In this document: positions 19,940-29,799 of the stretch, one piece after another | Layout of the letters: each line of letters begins with the position of its first letter | Numbering within the stretch: the stretch's first letter is position 1 | Notes under the pieces: model-generated | What the model saw: only the letters and a program-made list of their open reading frames with translations | Database searches by the model: none | What the model was told of the DNA's origin: nothing | Position numbers and translations under genes: made by a program | IMG/VR virus record: IMGVR_UViG_3300043313_000329 | Length of the DNA: 64,000 bases | Origin: an uncultured virus (IMG/VR IMGVR_UViG_3300043313_000329) | Lineage: Duplodnaviria > Heunggongvirae > Uroviricota > Caudoviricetes | Strand: one strand, 5' to 3'

Positions 19940-20509
19940 TTAGGCAGCCGTGAAGGCGTTGGCACCCTTGCGGGCGCGGTGCTTTTTCTTGAGCAGGAAC
20001 AACCCACCAAGCGCGGTGCCAAACAGCGGCAGCGCTGCCGGGATTGGCACGGCGCTGACCGCGATGTTGCCACCATAGCCAGAGGTGCCGCCGCCCTGCC
20101 CGGTGAACTGGGCGTAGTAGTTGCCCGCAGGCAGAATGGCAGCCCCGGCTACAAACTGGCACATAGAGCCGCAGGGTGCTGCCCCTTCAGGGCCGAACAG
20201 CAGCGCATCGTCGCTGGTGCCGAACAGATTGTCAACTCCAAAGTTGTATATCGACGCCGCGAAGTTGCTGATGAAGTCGGTGGCCTTGGGGTAGACGTTG
20301 GTGACGCTGGCAATGGTCAGAAAGTTCTGGGCATTGGCCAGCTGGAACAGATACTGATCGGTGAAGCTGGTGCCGCCCACCGAGTTCTTGAAAGCGCCTT
20401 GGGCACTGGTGGGGTTGACGCCAAGGTCATTGATAACGGCGGCCTTGCCGGGTGAAGCCGCAAACGCCAACACGGCGGCTGCGGCCACAGTTACAAGATA
20501 TTTGCGCAT
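19940..20509 (-). CDS. Secreted VPLPA-CTERM (PEP-CTERM-class) protein, FxDxF-like
   Basis: Signal peptide MRKYLVTVAAAAVLAFAASPGKA; FTDQYLF; C-terminal AVPIPAALPLFGTALGGL + KKKHRARK. Start set at ATG 20509 (GAGG RBS). Confidence 0.8.
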   Translation of the reverse strand: MRKYLVTVAAAAVLAFAASPGKAAVINDLGVNPTSAQGAFKNSVGGTSFTDQYLFQLANAQNFLTIASVTNVYPKATDFISNFAASIYNFGVDNLFGTSDDALLFGPEGAAPCGSMCQFVAGAAILPAGNYYAQFTGQGGGTSGYGGNIAVSAVPIPAALPLFGTALGGLFLLKKKHRARKGANAFTAA

Positions 20510-20549
20510 TAGGTTAACCTCATGAGTTGGTAGTTGCAGGGTAGAAAAT

Positions 20550-20584
20550 AGGGCGGCCATTCTGGACATAAAGGGGGCCGCCCT
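20550..20584 (-). terminator. Intergenic hairpin between the two CTERM genes
   Basis: AGGGCGGCC/GGCCGCCCT 9-bp stem, ATTTT after it on the minus strand. Confidence 0.5.
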
Positions 20585-20602
20585 TACCTCACTACGGCCT
20601 GA

Positions 20603-21367
20603 TCAAGCCGTGGTGAGATTGGTGTTGCGGCGGGCGCGACTACGCGCCTTGGCCTTGAAAGCGCCCAGACCGGCAATTGCCGTGCCAAACAGCCACAGGC
20701 CCGCAGGCAGCGGCACTGCATTGGGCTGCGCTACGAGAAAGAAGCTGTCAGGCCCGTCATTTGCGCCGCTGATGCGTGAGTAGAACAGCAGCTGGTCACC
20801 CACGTTGATGCCCGCCAGCGACGCGCCGGTCAGCAGGTAGTCAGCATAGCCGGTGCCGTTGTGGATAGATGGCAGCTCCGTGCCACCCGGCCCCGGTGAG
20901 TATGACGCCAACACGGTGTGCGTGGTCAGGTCCAGAAAGAAGAAACTTTCCAGCGTCTGCGCCTTGTTGGTGTCGTTCATGTCAACACCAATGCTGAAGG
21001 TCAGGTTGGGGTCGTTCATGCCCAGCAGGTAGTTGCTCAGCGTGCCAAACGTGTAGGCCGTGCCGATGGTGTCACCGGCAAGATGATCCTTGAAGATGCC
21101 CGACGAAAAGAACGCCAGATCACTGGCATTGCCGGTGTTGCCAAAGTCATTGTAGCCGAAATTGGCAGGCTGCTGTGGCTGAGCGCCACCGCAGATGAGG
21201 CACGGCGCATCTTTGGGCTGATTGGCGGTTGGCGTCGGCGTTGCCTCAAGCTGCAAGGCAGTACCGCCAAGCGTCCAAGCCTGACCGCCGAGTGTCACGG
21301 TGGCTGCGTTGGCCGCACCCATGCCCAGCAGAAGCAACAGGGCTGCTGTCCCCAATATGGTTTTCAT
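20603..21367 (-). CDS. Secreted VPLPA-CTERM (PEP-CTERM-class) protein
   Basis: Signal peptide MKTILGTAALLLLLGMGAANA; C-terminal AVPLPAGLWLFGTAIAGLG + KAKARSRARR. Confidence 0.85.
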   Translation of the reverse strand: MKTILGTAALLLLLGMGAANAATVTLGGQAWTLGGTALQLEATPTPTANQPKDAPCLICGGAQPQQPANFGYNDFGNTGNASDLAFFSSGIFKDHLAGDTIGTAYTFGTLSNYLLGMNDPNLTFSIGVDMNDTNKAQTLESFFFLDLTTHTVLASYSPGPGGTELPSIHNGTGYADYLLTGASLAGINVGDQLLFYSRISGANDGPDSFFLVAQPNAVPLPAGLWLFGTAIAGLGAFKAKARSRARRNTNLTTA

Positions 21368-21476
21368 GCGTTTATCCCCTTAACTGGGCAGCACACTATG
21401 CCAGCCGCCCACATGGCCCATGCTAGAACTCGTAAAGCGTCACAGTACACCGTTAAAAATTAGGCGACTAGCGCTA

Positions 21477-21752
21477 TTATTCAAACCGTACTGCGGTGAA
21501 CCCTAACGCCTTGAACAGCATGATGCAGGTGAGCATGCGCGGGCTGCGCGTCTCACGGCTCATGATGCGTGACACCGTAGTGGGCGTCAGGTTGGCAAGA
21601 CGGGCAAGATCCTTCAGCTTACGGCTCTTATCAGCCCGGTGCCATTGCTGGATCAGCTTGGCCAGCAGCTTGACGCCCTCAAAGCCCACAAGCTCATCCA
21701 GTGAGACGTGCAGACCACGCGTGGCGGTGATGGGTATGACTTTGGCGTTCAT
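21477..21752 (-). CDS. XRE/Cro-like HTH regulator
   Basis: LKDLARLANLTPTTVSRIMSRET..PRMLT..LFKALG helix-turn-helix; TTGACA upstream at ~21809. Confidence 0.7.
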   Translation of the reverse strand: MNAKVIPITATRGLHVSLDELVGFEGVKLLAKLIQQWHRADKSRKLKDLARLANLTPTTVSRIMSRETRSPRMLTCIMLFKALGFTAVRFE

Positions 21753-21810
21753 GGTGCCCCCTGAGTAAACGATATACTAGCAGTATTCTCGCTTACTACT
21801 GGATGTCAAG

Positions 21811-23316
21811 CTATATCCATGCCGCCAACCCGTCTTGCACCACGGCGCGGGCAATGCTGCGCTTGGTGCGCAGGGCATTGATGATCTTCTCATCCACAGT
21901 ACCGGGGGCTACGATGTCAACGTAGGTGACGGTGCCCACGGTGCCTATGCGATGGGTGCGGTCTTCAGACTGATCCCGCACTTCCCAATCGTAACCGTTT
22001 GAGTAATAGATCACCAAGGTGGCTGCGGTCCACGTGCGGCCACGCGCCCCGGCTTGGTCGGTGGCCACCATGAAGCGGCGGCGGCCCGCCTGAAAGTCGG
22101 CCTCATATTCTTCACGGTCGGGGGCACTGACGCCGCCGTGCCATGCGGCAACGGCATCTTCGCCATAAAGCTCACGCAGCCGCTTGATGACCAGCGCCAC
22201 GTCTTCACGCCAATGGCACCAGATCACCACCTGCTCCTGCACGTCAGCGGCGCTGATGATATGCTCAACGGCAGCCATGCGGTTGCTGTCAAGGCGGCGC
22301 ACCACACCGTCATCCGTCTTGATGTGGCCGCAGATGACGCTGTGCATGCGCATCAGCTGGGTGACCACCAACTCGGTAGACACCGGTACAAATTCCATGC
22401 TGTCCTTGACGTTGACCGTGGCCAAGGCAAAGTCACGTAGCTCCTTGTAAACGGTCTGTTGCTGCTTGGTCAGTTCAACTTCCCAGCGCCTGTAAACCTT
22501 GGGCGGCAAGTCAAGGCAGTCCACCTTGCGCCGCCTGAAACTGTGCAGGCTGACAAGGTGCTGAAGCTCTTCCGTATTGAGCGGGCCACCCTCCTTCTTG
22601 AAGCTGAAGCCATGCCCCTGCATGATGAACATTTTGTTGAAGTGCGCCTGAAACATGACGAAGTGTTTGAACCCCAGCGGGTTAGCACCGGGCCGCAGGA
22701 ACTCAAACTGCGCCCACAGGTCAGACTGTGAGCCGGTGGATGGTGAACCTGTCATGATGCGGCGCATTACGGCCAGCTGAGCCAGCTTGTGCAGCAAGCG
22801 GGTGCGCTTGGCCTTGGGGTTCTTGATGACGGTTGACTCGTCAACCACCATCATGGTGCGGTGGGTCTGGCAGAACTGCCTGACAAGCTCAGCGGCATCC
22901 CCGGTTGAGGCCAGCGCCTCAACGTTGATCAGCAGTATCCGGGGGCTGGGTATGCTGGTGTTCAGCAGCTGGCGGCGCACATCATAGTCAGCTTTCTTGC
23001 GGCCTGCGCGATACATGTAGGTCTGCGCGGTGTCAGCGTACTTGGCCCACAGCCAGCGCTGCACCTCACCGGGGTTCTCGCGGCTGATGCGGCCCCAGTT
23101 GGTGTAGACGCCCTTGGGCGCAATGATGATGAGGCCGTCAACGCGGTTATCCTCATAGTTCAGCAGGAAGTCATCAAGCGCCACGCGGCTCTTGCCCAGA
23201 CCCATTTCAAGAAAGTAAGCGAAAAAGTCACGCCGCCAGCCAATGGCCAAAGCCTCTTGCTGATGGGCCAGCGGGGGTGACCGGGGGGTATAGGTGTCAG
23301 GGATGTCTTGAAGCAT
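21811..23316 (-). CDS. SNF2-family helicase
   Basis: HQ..AL, EMGLGKS, VDEST.IKNP, MTGSP, QSEDRTHRIG motifs; start set at ATG 23316. Confidence 0.9.
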   Translation of the reverse strand: MLQDIPDTYTPRSPPLAHQQEALAIGWRRDFFAYFLEMGLGKSRVALDDFLLNYEDNRVDGLIIIAPKGVYTNWGRISRENPGEVQRWLWAKYADTAQTYMYRAGRKKADYDVRRQLLNTSIPSPRILLINVEALASTGDAAELVRQFCQTHRTMMVVDESTVIKNPKAKRTRLLHKLAQLAVMRRIMTGSPSTGSQSDLWAQFEFLRPGANPLGFKHFVMFQAHFNKMFIMQGHGFSFKKEGGPLNTEELQHLVSLHSFRRRKVDCLDLPPKVYRRWEVELTKQQQTVYKELRDFALATVNVKDSMEFVPVSTELVVTQLMRMHSVICGHIKTDDGVVRRLDSNRMAAVEHIISAADVQEQVVIWCHWREDVALVIKRLRELYGEDAVAAWHGGVSAPDREEYEADFQAGRRRFMVATDQAGARGRTWTAATLVIYYSNGYDWEVRDQSEDRTHRIGTVGTVTYVDIVAPGTVDEKIINALRTKRSIARAVVQDGLAAWI

Positions 23317-23352
23317 GGGTTTGAGTGTAACCTCGGTCAGCCGGGGGTGCAA

Positions 23353-23463
23353 TTGATAGGGCAAAGTGATAGAACTGCAAAAGTGATAAGCGCGTGATAA
23401 CTAAGCAAAGCCATAGCCAGCAAGGGCGCGCGCGCGTAAGCTATCACTTTATCACTTTATCAG
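23353..23463. promoter_or_regulatory. Element B copy 1: GTGATA repeats - (GC)n tract - TATCAC repeats (candidate origin/operator array)
   Basis: GTGATA at 23366, 23383, 23394; 11-nt alternating GC at 23426-23436; TATCAC/TATCAG at 23442, 23450, 23458; AT-rich flank; lies between divergent genes. Confidence 0.65.
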
Positions 23464-23576
23464 CACGCATGTGAAAATGGTAAAAATAAAATTTACCCCC
23501 TTACGCGTATAAAGAAATTGATGTGAGGCCCGGCGGACTGTACCCTCAACCGGGTAAGCAACTAGGACAAACCACC

Positions 23577-24119
23577 ATGACAGATACTGATCCCCCGGCT
23601 GGGCCAACGCTTGAGCGCATGCGGCAGCTGGCGGCTGAACTGAATGACATAGATGATCGCATTGCCAAGAATGAAATGCGCATTGCAGAACTCAAGGCCC
23701 GGCGCATGGCCATACTGACCACTGACCTTGTTGAACTGATGGATGATGCTGACGTGCCGCTGCTTCAGGTAGACGGGCGGCAGTTCAAGGCCATGCCCTA
23801 CTACAAGGCGGCCATCCCGGTTGAGGACCAGAACCACCCCGGTCTTGCGTGGCTTGAGGCGCATGACGCGTCTGACCTGATCAAGAACCAGATTGTGGTT
23901 GAGTTTGCGCGCGGCAGCAATGAGGATGCTATACTGGCCGAGCGCCTGATCAAGACCCGGTTTCAGCAGGCTGAGGTGCTGCGCAGGCGTTCTGTGCATC
24001 ATGCCACGTTGACGAAGTGGCTGAAGGAACTGCATGAAAGCGGTGAACAGCTGCCACCATTGGATTTGATAGGTGGCACGGTTGGTCGCATAGTCAAGAT
24101 AACCCAAGTGAAGGAGTGA
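23577..24119 (+). CDS. Conserved phage replication-module protein
   Basis: Coiled coil, then LAWLE.HD.SDLIKN..VHHATL..WLKE pattern typically found upstream of phage SSB genes. Confidence 0.6.
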   Translation: MTDTDPPAGPTLERMRQLAAELNDIDDRIAKNEMRIAELKARRMAILTTDLVELMDDADVPLLQVDGRQFKAMPYYKAAIPVEDQNHPGLAWLEAHDASDLIKNQIVVEFARGSNEDAILAERLIKTRFQQAEVLRRRSVHHATLTKWLKELHESGEQLPPLDLIGGTVGRIVKITQVKE

Positions 24120-24123
24120 GAGA

Positions 24124-24987
24124 ATGGCCAAGGACTTAGCTAAGAAGGAAAACGGCGGCGGTGACCTGATCACCGCTGAAATGCTTCAGCAGATGTTGGA
24201 TGACGCCGGGGCTGGCGTCAGCGGGGCATCTGAGGATAACATCCTGCCGTTTGTGGTGTTGCTTCAGGATATGAGCCCTGAGGTCAAGAAGCGTGACGCC
24301 GAATACGTTGAAGGCGCTGAGCCGGGCATGTACCTGAACAAGGCGACCAAGACGCTGTACGCTGGCGATGAAGTCACGGCCAAGCGCACCAAGCTGCCGC
24401 GCCTTGAGTTCCAGCACTGCATGCTCAGCAAGGAAATTGTTGAGTGGGTGCCACGCGAGCAGGGCGGTGGTTTGGTGGCTCGCCACCCCATTGAGGGCAC
24501 GGTAGAGGACACCATGCGCAAGCTGGGCGGCAAGCAGGGCGCTGACCCGCAGAACCCAGCCAAGTGGACCACCAGTCGGGGCACTGAACTGTTGGAGACC
24601 CGCTACCACTTTGGCCAGATCCTCACGGGTGAGGTGCCGCAGCCAGCGGTGATTGCCTTCAAGTCAACAGGCCACACCAGCAGCAAGCAGTGGAATACTT
24701 TGATGTCCGGCTTCAAGGTCATTGATCCGGCCACCCGCAAACCCATGATCATCAATGGTCAGGTGCGGCCCATGGCCAGCTGGTACCGCAAGTACATCAT
24801 CGGCAGCAAGCCGCGTGAGAACAATAAGGGGTCATTCTACGTGACCACCGTTGATGACGGTGGCCGCATTGAAGACCCCGGCCTGCTGGCGGCGGGCAAG
24901 AGCCTGCATGAGGGTGCCAAGGCAGGCATCATCAAGGCCAGCACTGATGAAGACAGCCACGGTGGCGGGGTGTCTGACGAAATCTGA
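24124..24987 (+). CDS. Putative ssDNA-binding protein
   Basis: LPFVVLLQDMSPEV..YVEGAEPG..EWVPREQGGG; acidic C-terminal tail; AAGGAG RBS. Confidence 0.6.
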   Translation: MAKDLAKKENGGGDLITAEMLQQMLDDAGAGVSGASEDNILPFVVLLQDMSPEVKKRDAEYVEGAEPGMYLNKATKTLYAGDEVTAKRTKLPRLEFQHCMLSKEIVEWVPREQGGGLVARHPIEGTVEDTMRKLGGKQGADPQNPAKWTTSRGTELLETRYHFGQILTGEVPQPAVIAFKSTGHTSSKQWNTLMSGFKVIDPATRKPMIINGQVRPMASWYRKYIIGSKPRENNKGSFYVTTVDDGGRIEDPGLLAAGKSLHEGAKAGIIKASTDEDSHGGGVSDEI

Positions 24988-25083
24988 GCCCGCCAAGGTC
25001 TGGCATAGCCTGCTTGTAGCCGGGTCGCACCCGGCCAGCGAACACCAAGTATGCCCCTTTTGGCCCCATAAGGATGTGAATTG

Positions 25084-26658
25084 ATGATCAGCGAAAAATT
25101 GGTGAGCCGCTTTGCCAAGCGGTTTGAGGGCTTCCATGAAGCCTATGGCTTCTACAACAAGGATGCCGCAGTAGCGGAGATACTGGGGGGCAAAGTTGAG
25201 ATTAAATCCTCAGCGGTTACCAAACGTGGCAAGGGTCTGAATTGGGATAATCTTTGGGGCACACATCTGGATGGTGAGACGCCATTAGGCGTTATTCCTA
25301 TTGATGCTGAGAACAAGTGTTGTTTCGGGGCTATTGATATTGATGATTATAGCGTTGATATCAGTGCGTTGTACAAGAAACTTGATAAAGAAGGTGCGCA
25401 GGTAATCATCACGCGCTCAAAGTCAGATGGAGCCCACGTCTGGGCTTTTTTCAATAAGCGGATTACAGCCACGGCCATGCAGATGGGGCTACAGAGCCTG
25501 TCAGCCTTGGTGGGTTATGGCGGCTCTGAGATATTCCCCAAGCAGCGACAGGTGGCGGTTGAGCGTGGCGATTTAGGATCATGGATCAACATGCCATATT
25601 TTGGCGATACCCGCTGGGCCGTCAGACGTGATGGCAGCATGATGACGCCTGATGAATTTATAGATGAGTGTGACCGTTTGGCCGCCGTCCCGGCATGGTT
25701 GGGTCAAGGGCAGCATGCGGCACCCAAGAGTGAGAAGGTGACCAGCAAGGAAGCTGAGTTCAAAGATGGGCCACCCTGCTTACAGCACTTCAGCCGCGTA
25801 GGTTTGGTTCAAGGTTCACGTAACGAAGGCATGATGGCCTTTGGCGTATTTGCCAAGAAGAAATACCCCAACAGCTGGGAACAGGAGGTTGAGCGCTGGA
25901 ACCGTGAGTTTGTAGATCCGCCCCTGAACAATGCTGAAATGGGTGATATCCTCAAGAGCCTTAGATCAAAGGAGTATTTCTACCCCTGCAAGAAGCAACC
26001 AATCGTAGCTGTCTGCCAGAGCGCCCTGTGCCGCACGCGCAAGCATGGTGTGGCTTCAGGCAGCAATGGCATGCCCGTCATAGGTGGGCTCAGCGTGCTG
26101 CCCACAGACCCGCCACTGTGGTTCATGGATGTTGGCGAACACCGCATTGAACTGACCACGCAGGAACTGGTCAATTATCGCAATTTCCAGACGGTATGCA
26201 CCGACCGCTTCTACATGCGCTTTGAAGGCATGAAGCAACAGGCGTGGGATCTTGTTCTGGCTGAAGCCATGCGGGAAGTGAACAAGATAGAGGTATCAGA
26301 GGAGGTAGGCTACGGCGGCCAGTTCATTGAGATACTGGATGATTTCATCAACAACCACAAGCAGAGCAATTCACGTGAGGAGATACTGTTGGGTCTGCCG
26401 TGGCTTGATGATGAGGATGAGAAGGCTGAGCAGCATAAATACTGGTTCAGGTTAAAGGATTTGCAGAAGTTCTTAAACGACGCTAACTTCAAGATATACA
26501 CGCGTGGCCAGATGGTTACGCGCTTACGCGCCATAGGCGGTGAGAGCGGCTTTTTCAACCTGAACGGCAAGGGCACACGCGTCTGGAGCATTCCTAGAGG
26601 GTTTGCAGCCAAGACCGTGACGCCTACGCCCAGACAACCCGCGCAGGACCCTATATGA
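25084..26658 (+). CDS. AEP-type primase with PriCT-like domain
   Basis: AIDID, RSKSDGAH, EIFPKQ..INMPYF; GSRNE..WNREF..PPL...E. Confidence 0.8.
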   Translation: MISEKLVSRFAKRFEGFHEAYGFYNKDAAVAEILGGKVEIKSSAVTKRGKGLNWDNLWGTHLDGETPLGVIPIDAENKCCFGAIDIDDYSVDISALYKKLDKEGAQVIITRSKSDGAHVWAFFNKRITATAMQMGLQSLSALVGYGGSEIFPKQRQVAVERGDLGSWINMPYFGDTRWAVRRDGSMMTPDEFIDECDRLAAVPAWLGQGQHAAPKSEKVTSKEAEFKDGPPCLQHFSRVGLVQGSRNEGMMAFGVFAKKKYPNSWEQEVERWNREFVDPPLNNAEMGDILKSLRSKEYFYPCKKQPIVAVCQSALCRTRKHGVASGSNGMPVIGGLSVLPTDPPLWFMDVGEHRIELTTQELVNYRNFQTVCTDRFYMRFEGMKQQAWDLVLAEAMREVNKIEVSEEVGYGGQFIEILDDFINNHKQSNSREEILLGLPWLDDEDEKAEQHKYWFRLKDLQKFLNDANFKIYTRGQMVTRLRAIGGESGFFNLNGKGTRVWSIPRGFAAKTVTPTPRQPAQDPI

Positions 26659-27080
26659 CCACAACTGACGATAGCTATCTGACCGCTGACCGCGTGCACC
26701 ACGTCTATGGCGCGTGCTGGCGGGCAGAGGGCACGCGCAACAGCCTGCAACGCATTGAGGTGGTGGGATGGTTGCTGAGGCACACATTCTCAATCAAGAA
26801 GCTGCATGGCTACCGCGAAGAAATTATTCGCATGTTGTTGAGCCTGCCCGCAGGCTTTAGAAGCGACGTGGGTGAGGGCGGCAGCGTGGGCAACATGATT
26901 GAGCGCGGTGATGGTGTGATCTGGTCGGTAGATATGGCGGATATTGAGAAGCTGGTGGCGCTGGGCATTGCCAGCGGCCTGATGAACTTCTGCGCGCCGC
27001 GTGAGGTGTGGCACATGCTGCCGGGCGGCTTGCCCTATGTGCGGGTGGAGATTACGATGTTTGGCGTGAGTGTAAATTGA
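26655..27080 (+). CDS. Hypothetical protein
   Basis: ATGA overlap with primase; PREVW.MLPGGLPY motif. Confidence 0.6.
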   Translation: MTTTDDSYLTADRVHHVYGACWRAEGTRNSLQRIEVVGWLLRHTFSIKKLHGYREEIIRMLLSLPAGFRSDVGEGGSVGNMIERGDGVIWSVDMADIEKLVALGIASGLMNFCAPREVWHMLPGGLPYVRVEITMFGVSVN

Positions 27081-27751
27081 TCTCCAGATTTGATCTGCGG
27101 TATAGACCGCGTAATCCATCAGCATTGCCCACTGAGCAATGGTGCTTCAGGGTTAAACAATTTTGTAGCTACGCGTGCATCAGCAGTACGGAATATTCAG
27201 ATATACGGCGACAGGGTTGGCAACCTAAGGAACTGCAATTTGGTGTCTCACGTACCAACATCAGTACACTGCGTATATCGCGTGAGGCCATTAATGATTG
27301 GGAGATCACGCTTTCACCCGATTATGAACTCCCACCCGTCAAATTAATACCAGTTGACGCCACAACAGCTGCACCTGTGTATCTAAGTAGCAATAGGATC
27401 AAGCAGCGTTTGACGCCTGCTGAAGTTATATCATTGGCAAGCTCTGTAAATAAGGATGATTTGAAACCAAAGGATGCAGTCTATGTAGTTTCAGGTGGTG
27501 GACATATGAAGATAGGTGTTTCCAATAACGTAATGTTTAGGATCACTCAACTTCAGTCATATTGTGCGGTACCTCTGACACTTGAAATGGTGCTTTCAGG
27601 CAATCGACACTTAGAAACCCATCTACATTACAAATTTCATGAACATAGGCGTTGGGGGGAGTGGTTTGTTCACTCTAAGGAATTACTGAAAGATATCAAG
27701 GCTGCGGCTGAAATATGGATATCTGATCCCAAATATGCGCAATTGTGGTGA
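27077..27751 (+). CDS. GIY-YIG/T5orf172-family protein
   Basis: VYVV..MKIGVS..RI.QLQ..LETHLH.KF..R.WGEWF; AT-rich DNA; TTG start overlaps upstream stop. Confidence 0.7.
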   Translation: MISRFDLRYRPRNPSALPTEQWCFRVKQFCSYACISSTEYSDIRRQGWQPKELQFGVSRTNISTLRISREAINDWEITLSPDYELPPVKLIPVDATTAAPVYLSSNRIKQRLTPAEVISLASSVNKDDLKPKDAVYVVSGGGHMKIGVSNNVMFRITQLQSYCAVPLTLEMVLSGNRHLETHLHYKFHEHRRWGEWFVHSKELLKDIKAAAEIWISDPKYAQLW

Positions 27752-27757
27752 GTGTTG

Positions 27758-29269
27758 ATGGAAATTGTCCTAGGCCCCCCCGGAACTGGCAAAACCACTT
27801 ACCTGCTTGAGCAGATGGAAGGTGAGCTTGACCGGGGGACCAGCCCCAAGCGTATCGGTTATGTCTCATTCACCAAACGCGCCGCGCGTGAAGCCAAGGA
27901 GCGCGCTCAGGTCAAATTCAAGTTGGGCCACAAGGACTTGCCGTGGGTCAGCACCCTGCACAGCCTGTGCTTCCGCTCACTTGGCATGAAGAATGAGGAA
28001 GTGTTTGAGGGCAAGAAGCTACAGGAGTTTGCCAAATATTGCGGACACAAGCTCAGCAATTACACATCGTGGGAAGATGGCACCACCTTTGGATTTGAGA
28101 CGGGTGACCGTTGCCTGTTCATAGACAACCTTGCCCGCGTGCGGCGCGTCAGCCTGCGGGAACAATACGATCACGTTGAGAACCGTGATGATACGCAATG
28201 GCCAGTTGTGGATTTCATTTCTCAGGCGCTGGTCAAGTTCAAGACCACTTACGGCCTGCTGGACTACACCGACATGCTGGCCAAATTTGTCATGCAGGGC
28301 CACGTGCCGCTGGATGTGCTGTTTGTTGATGAGGCGCAAGACCTGAGCCTGTTGCAATGGCAGGTGGTTGACCAGCTGGCCAAGAGCGCGCGGCGCGTGG
28401 TGGTGGCCGGTGATGATGACCAAGCCATCTACCGCTGGGCCGGGGCCGCCGTTGAGCATTTCATAGGCTTGCAGGGTGACGTGACGGTGCTTGACCACAG
28501 CTGGCGGGTGCCGCCCGAGGTGCAGACCGTAGCGCTCAGGATAGTGGGCGGCATCAAGAACCGACGCGCCAAGGCATGGGCCCCGCGTGACGGCCAAGGC
28601 ACGGTTGAGTACGTTGCCCTACTGGACAACGCCGACATAGACGTGAATGAGGATACGCTGATCCTGAGCCGCAACACCCAGTTCTTGCAGAACCCGGTGA
28701 TACCCATGCTGAAGCGGCAAGGCATCCTGTATGAGTATCATGACAACCCGTCAGTGCGGCAATCACTGATCAACGCCATTGTGTGGTGGGAGCGCCTGCG
28801 GCGGGGCGGTGAGGTGACGGTTGATGAGGCTGAGAAGGTTTATGATGAAATGAGTTCAGGCGTGGGCTACACGCGCGGCCACAAGAAGCTGCCCGCATGG
28901 CAAGACCGTGACCAGCTGGTGACCATGCAGGACCTGAAAGAAGCCGGTGGGCTGCTGGCTGATGACCTTTGGCGCAAGGCATTGAACCGCCGCATGAAAC
29001 CTGAGGAAGAAAGCTACATGGTCAAGGTGCTTCAGGGCGGCCAGAAGCTGACCGAGCGCCCCAAGATACGTATCAGCACCATGCACGGGGCCAAGGGCGC
29101 GCAGGCGGACCATGTAGTGATCCTGCTGGACATAGCGTGGCGCACGCTTGATGAAGCCAAGTACTTGCCAGATGACGAGGCCCGCACATGGTATGTGGCG
29201 GTGACCCGCGCCAAGCAAAAATTGACGATAGTCAGGGCACGAAACTATCAACGGAGTTATGAGTTATAA
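27758..29269 (+). CDS. UvrD/SF1 helicase 1
   Basis: GPPGTGKT, STLHS, VDEAQD, GDDDQAIY, STMHGAKG, YVAVTRAK. Confidence 0.9.
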   Translation: MEIVLGPPGTGKTTYLLEQMEGELDRGTSPKRIGYVSFTKRAAREAKERAQVKFKLGHKDLPWVSTLHSLCFRSLGMKNEEVFEGKKLQEFAKYCGHKLSNYTSWEDGTTFGFETGDRCLFIDNLARVRRVSLREQYDHVENRDDTQWPVVDFISQALVKFKTTYGLLDYTDMLAKFVMQGHVPLDVLFVDEAQDLSLLQWQVVDQLAKSARRVVVAGDDDQAIYRWAGAAVEHFIGLQGDVTVLDHSWRVPPEVQTVALRIVGGIKNRRAKAWAPRDGQGTVEYVALLDNADIDVNEDTLILSRNTQFLQNPVIPMLKRQGILYEYHDNPSVRQSLINAIVWWERLRRGGEVTVDEAEKVYDEMSSGVGYTRGHKKLPAWQDRDQLVTMQDLKEAGGLLADDLWRKALNRRMKPEEESYMVKVLQGGQKLTERPKIRISTMHGAKGAQADHVVILLDIAWRTLDEAKYLPDDEARTWYVAVTRAKQKLTIVRARNYQRSYEL

Positions 29270-29400
29270 GCTTTACTTCTTGTCGGCAGGAGTGTATTGC
29301 TGGCGAGTACGACTTACCGCGTGTCCTACTGAAACAGGTTCTGAGGCCAGTTGAAGTAGGATGCGCGGTTTTCCCCAGACCCCATAGAGGATATATTGAA

Positions 29401-29757
29401 ATGGTAAGTGCAACGGCGCGCAAGCGCATCAATGAAAACGACATCATCACCATGGTGGCCGAAGACAACCCCAAGCGTGAGGGCAGCGCGGCACACAGGC
29501 GGTTTGAGTATTACCGCGATGGCATGACGGTGCGTGAAGCCAAGGCGGCTGGCCTGCTGGCGGTAGACATCGCCCATGATGTGGGCAAGGACTTCATCAG
29601 CCTGCGGCCCGGCATCACCACCAATGGTGAGGACCAACCCAAGAAGGCCAAGAAGGCCGCCAAGGCCAAGGCCAAGCCCGCCAAGAAGGCCAAGAAGGCC
29701 AAGGCCAAGAAGCAGGTTGAGGCTGAGACTGTAACTGAGGATGAGGCTACAGCCTGA
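29401..29757 (+). CDS. NPK-domain protein with Lys/Ala-rich histone-like tail
   Basis: NPKREGSAAHRRFEYYRDGMTV domain plus KKAKKAAKAK repeats. Confidence 0.7.
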   Translation: MVSATARKRINENDIITMVAEDNPKREGSAAHRRFEYYRDGMTVREAKAAGLLAVDIAHDVGKDFISLRPGITTNGEDQPKKAKKAAKAKAKPAKKAKKAKAKKQVEAETVTEDEATA

Positions 29758-29799
29758 TCCCAGCCTGCCTGCTATTAAAAACTCTAGGGGAGTAACGGC

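Noticed and set aside
21477..21752. Lysogeny module
   Set aside because: A lone small HTH; no integrase, peptidase-bearing repressor or att site recognised in the window.
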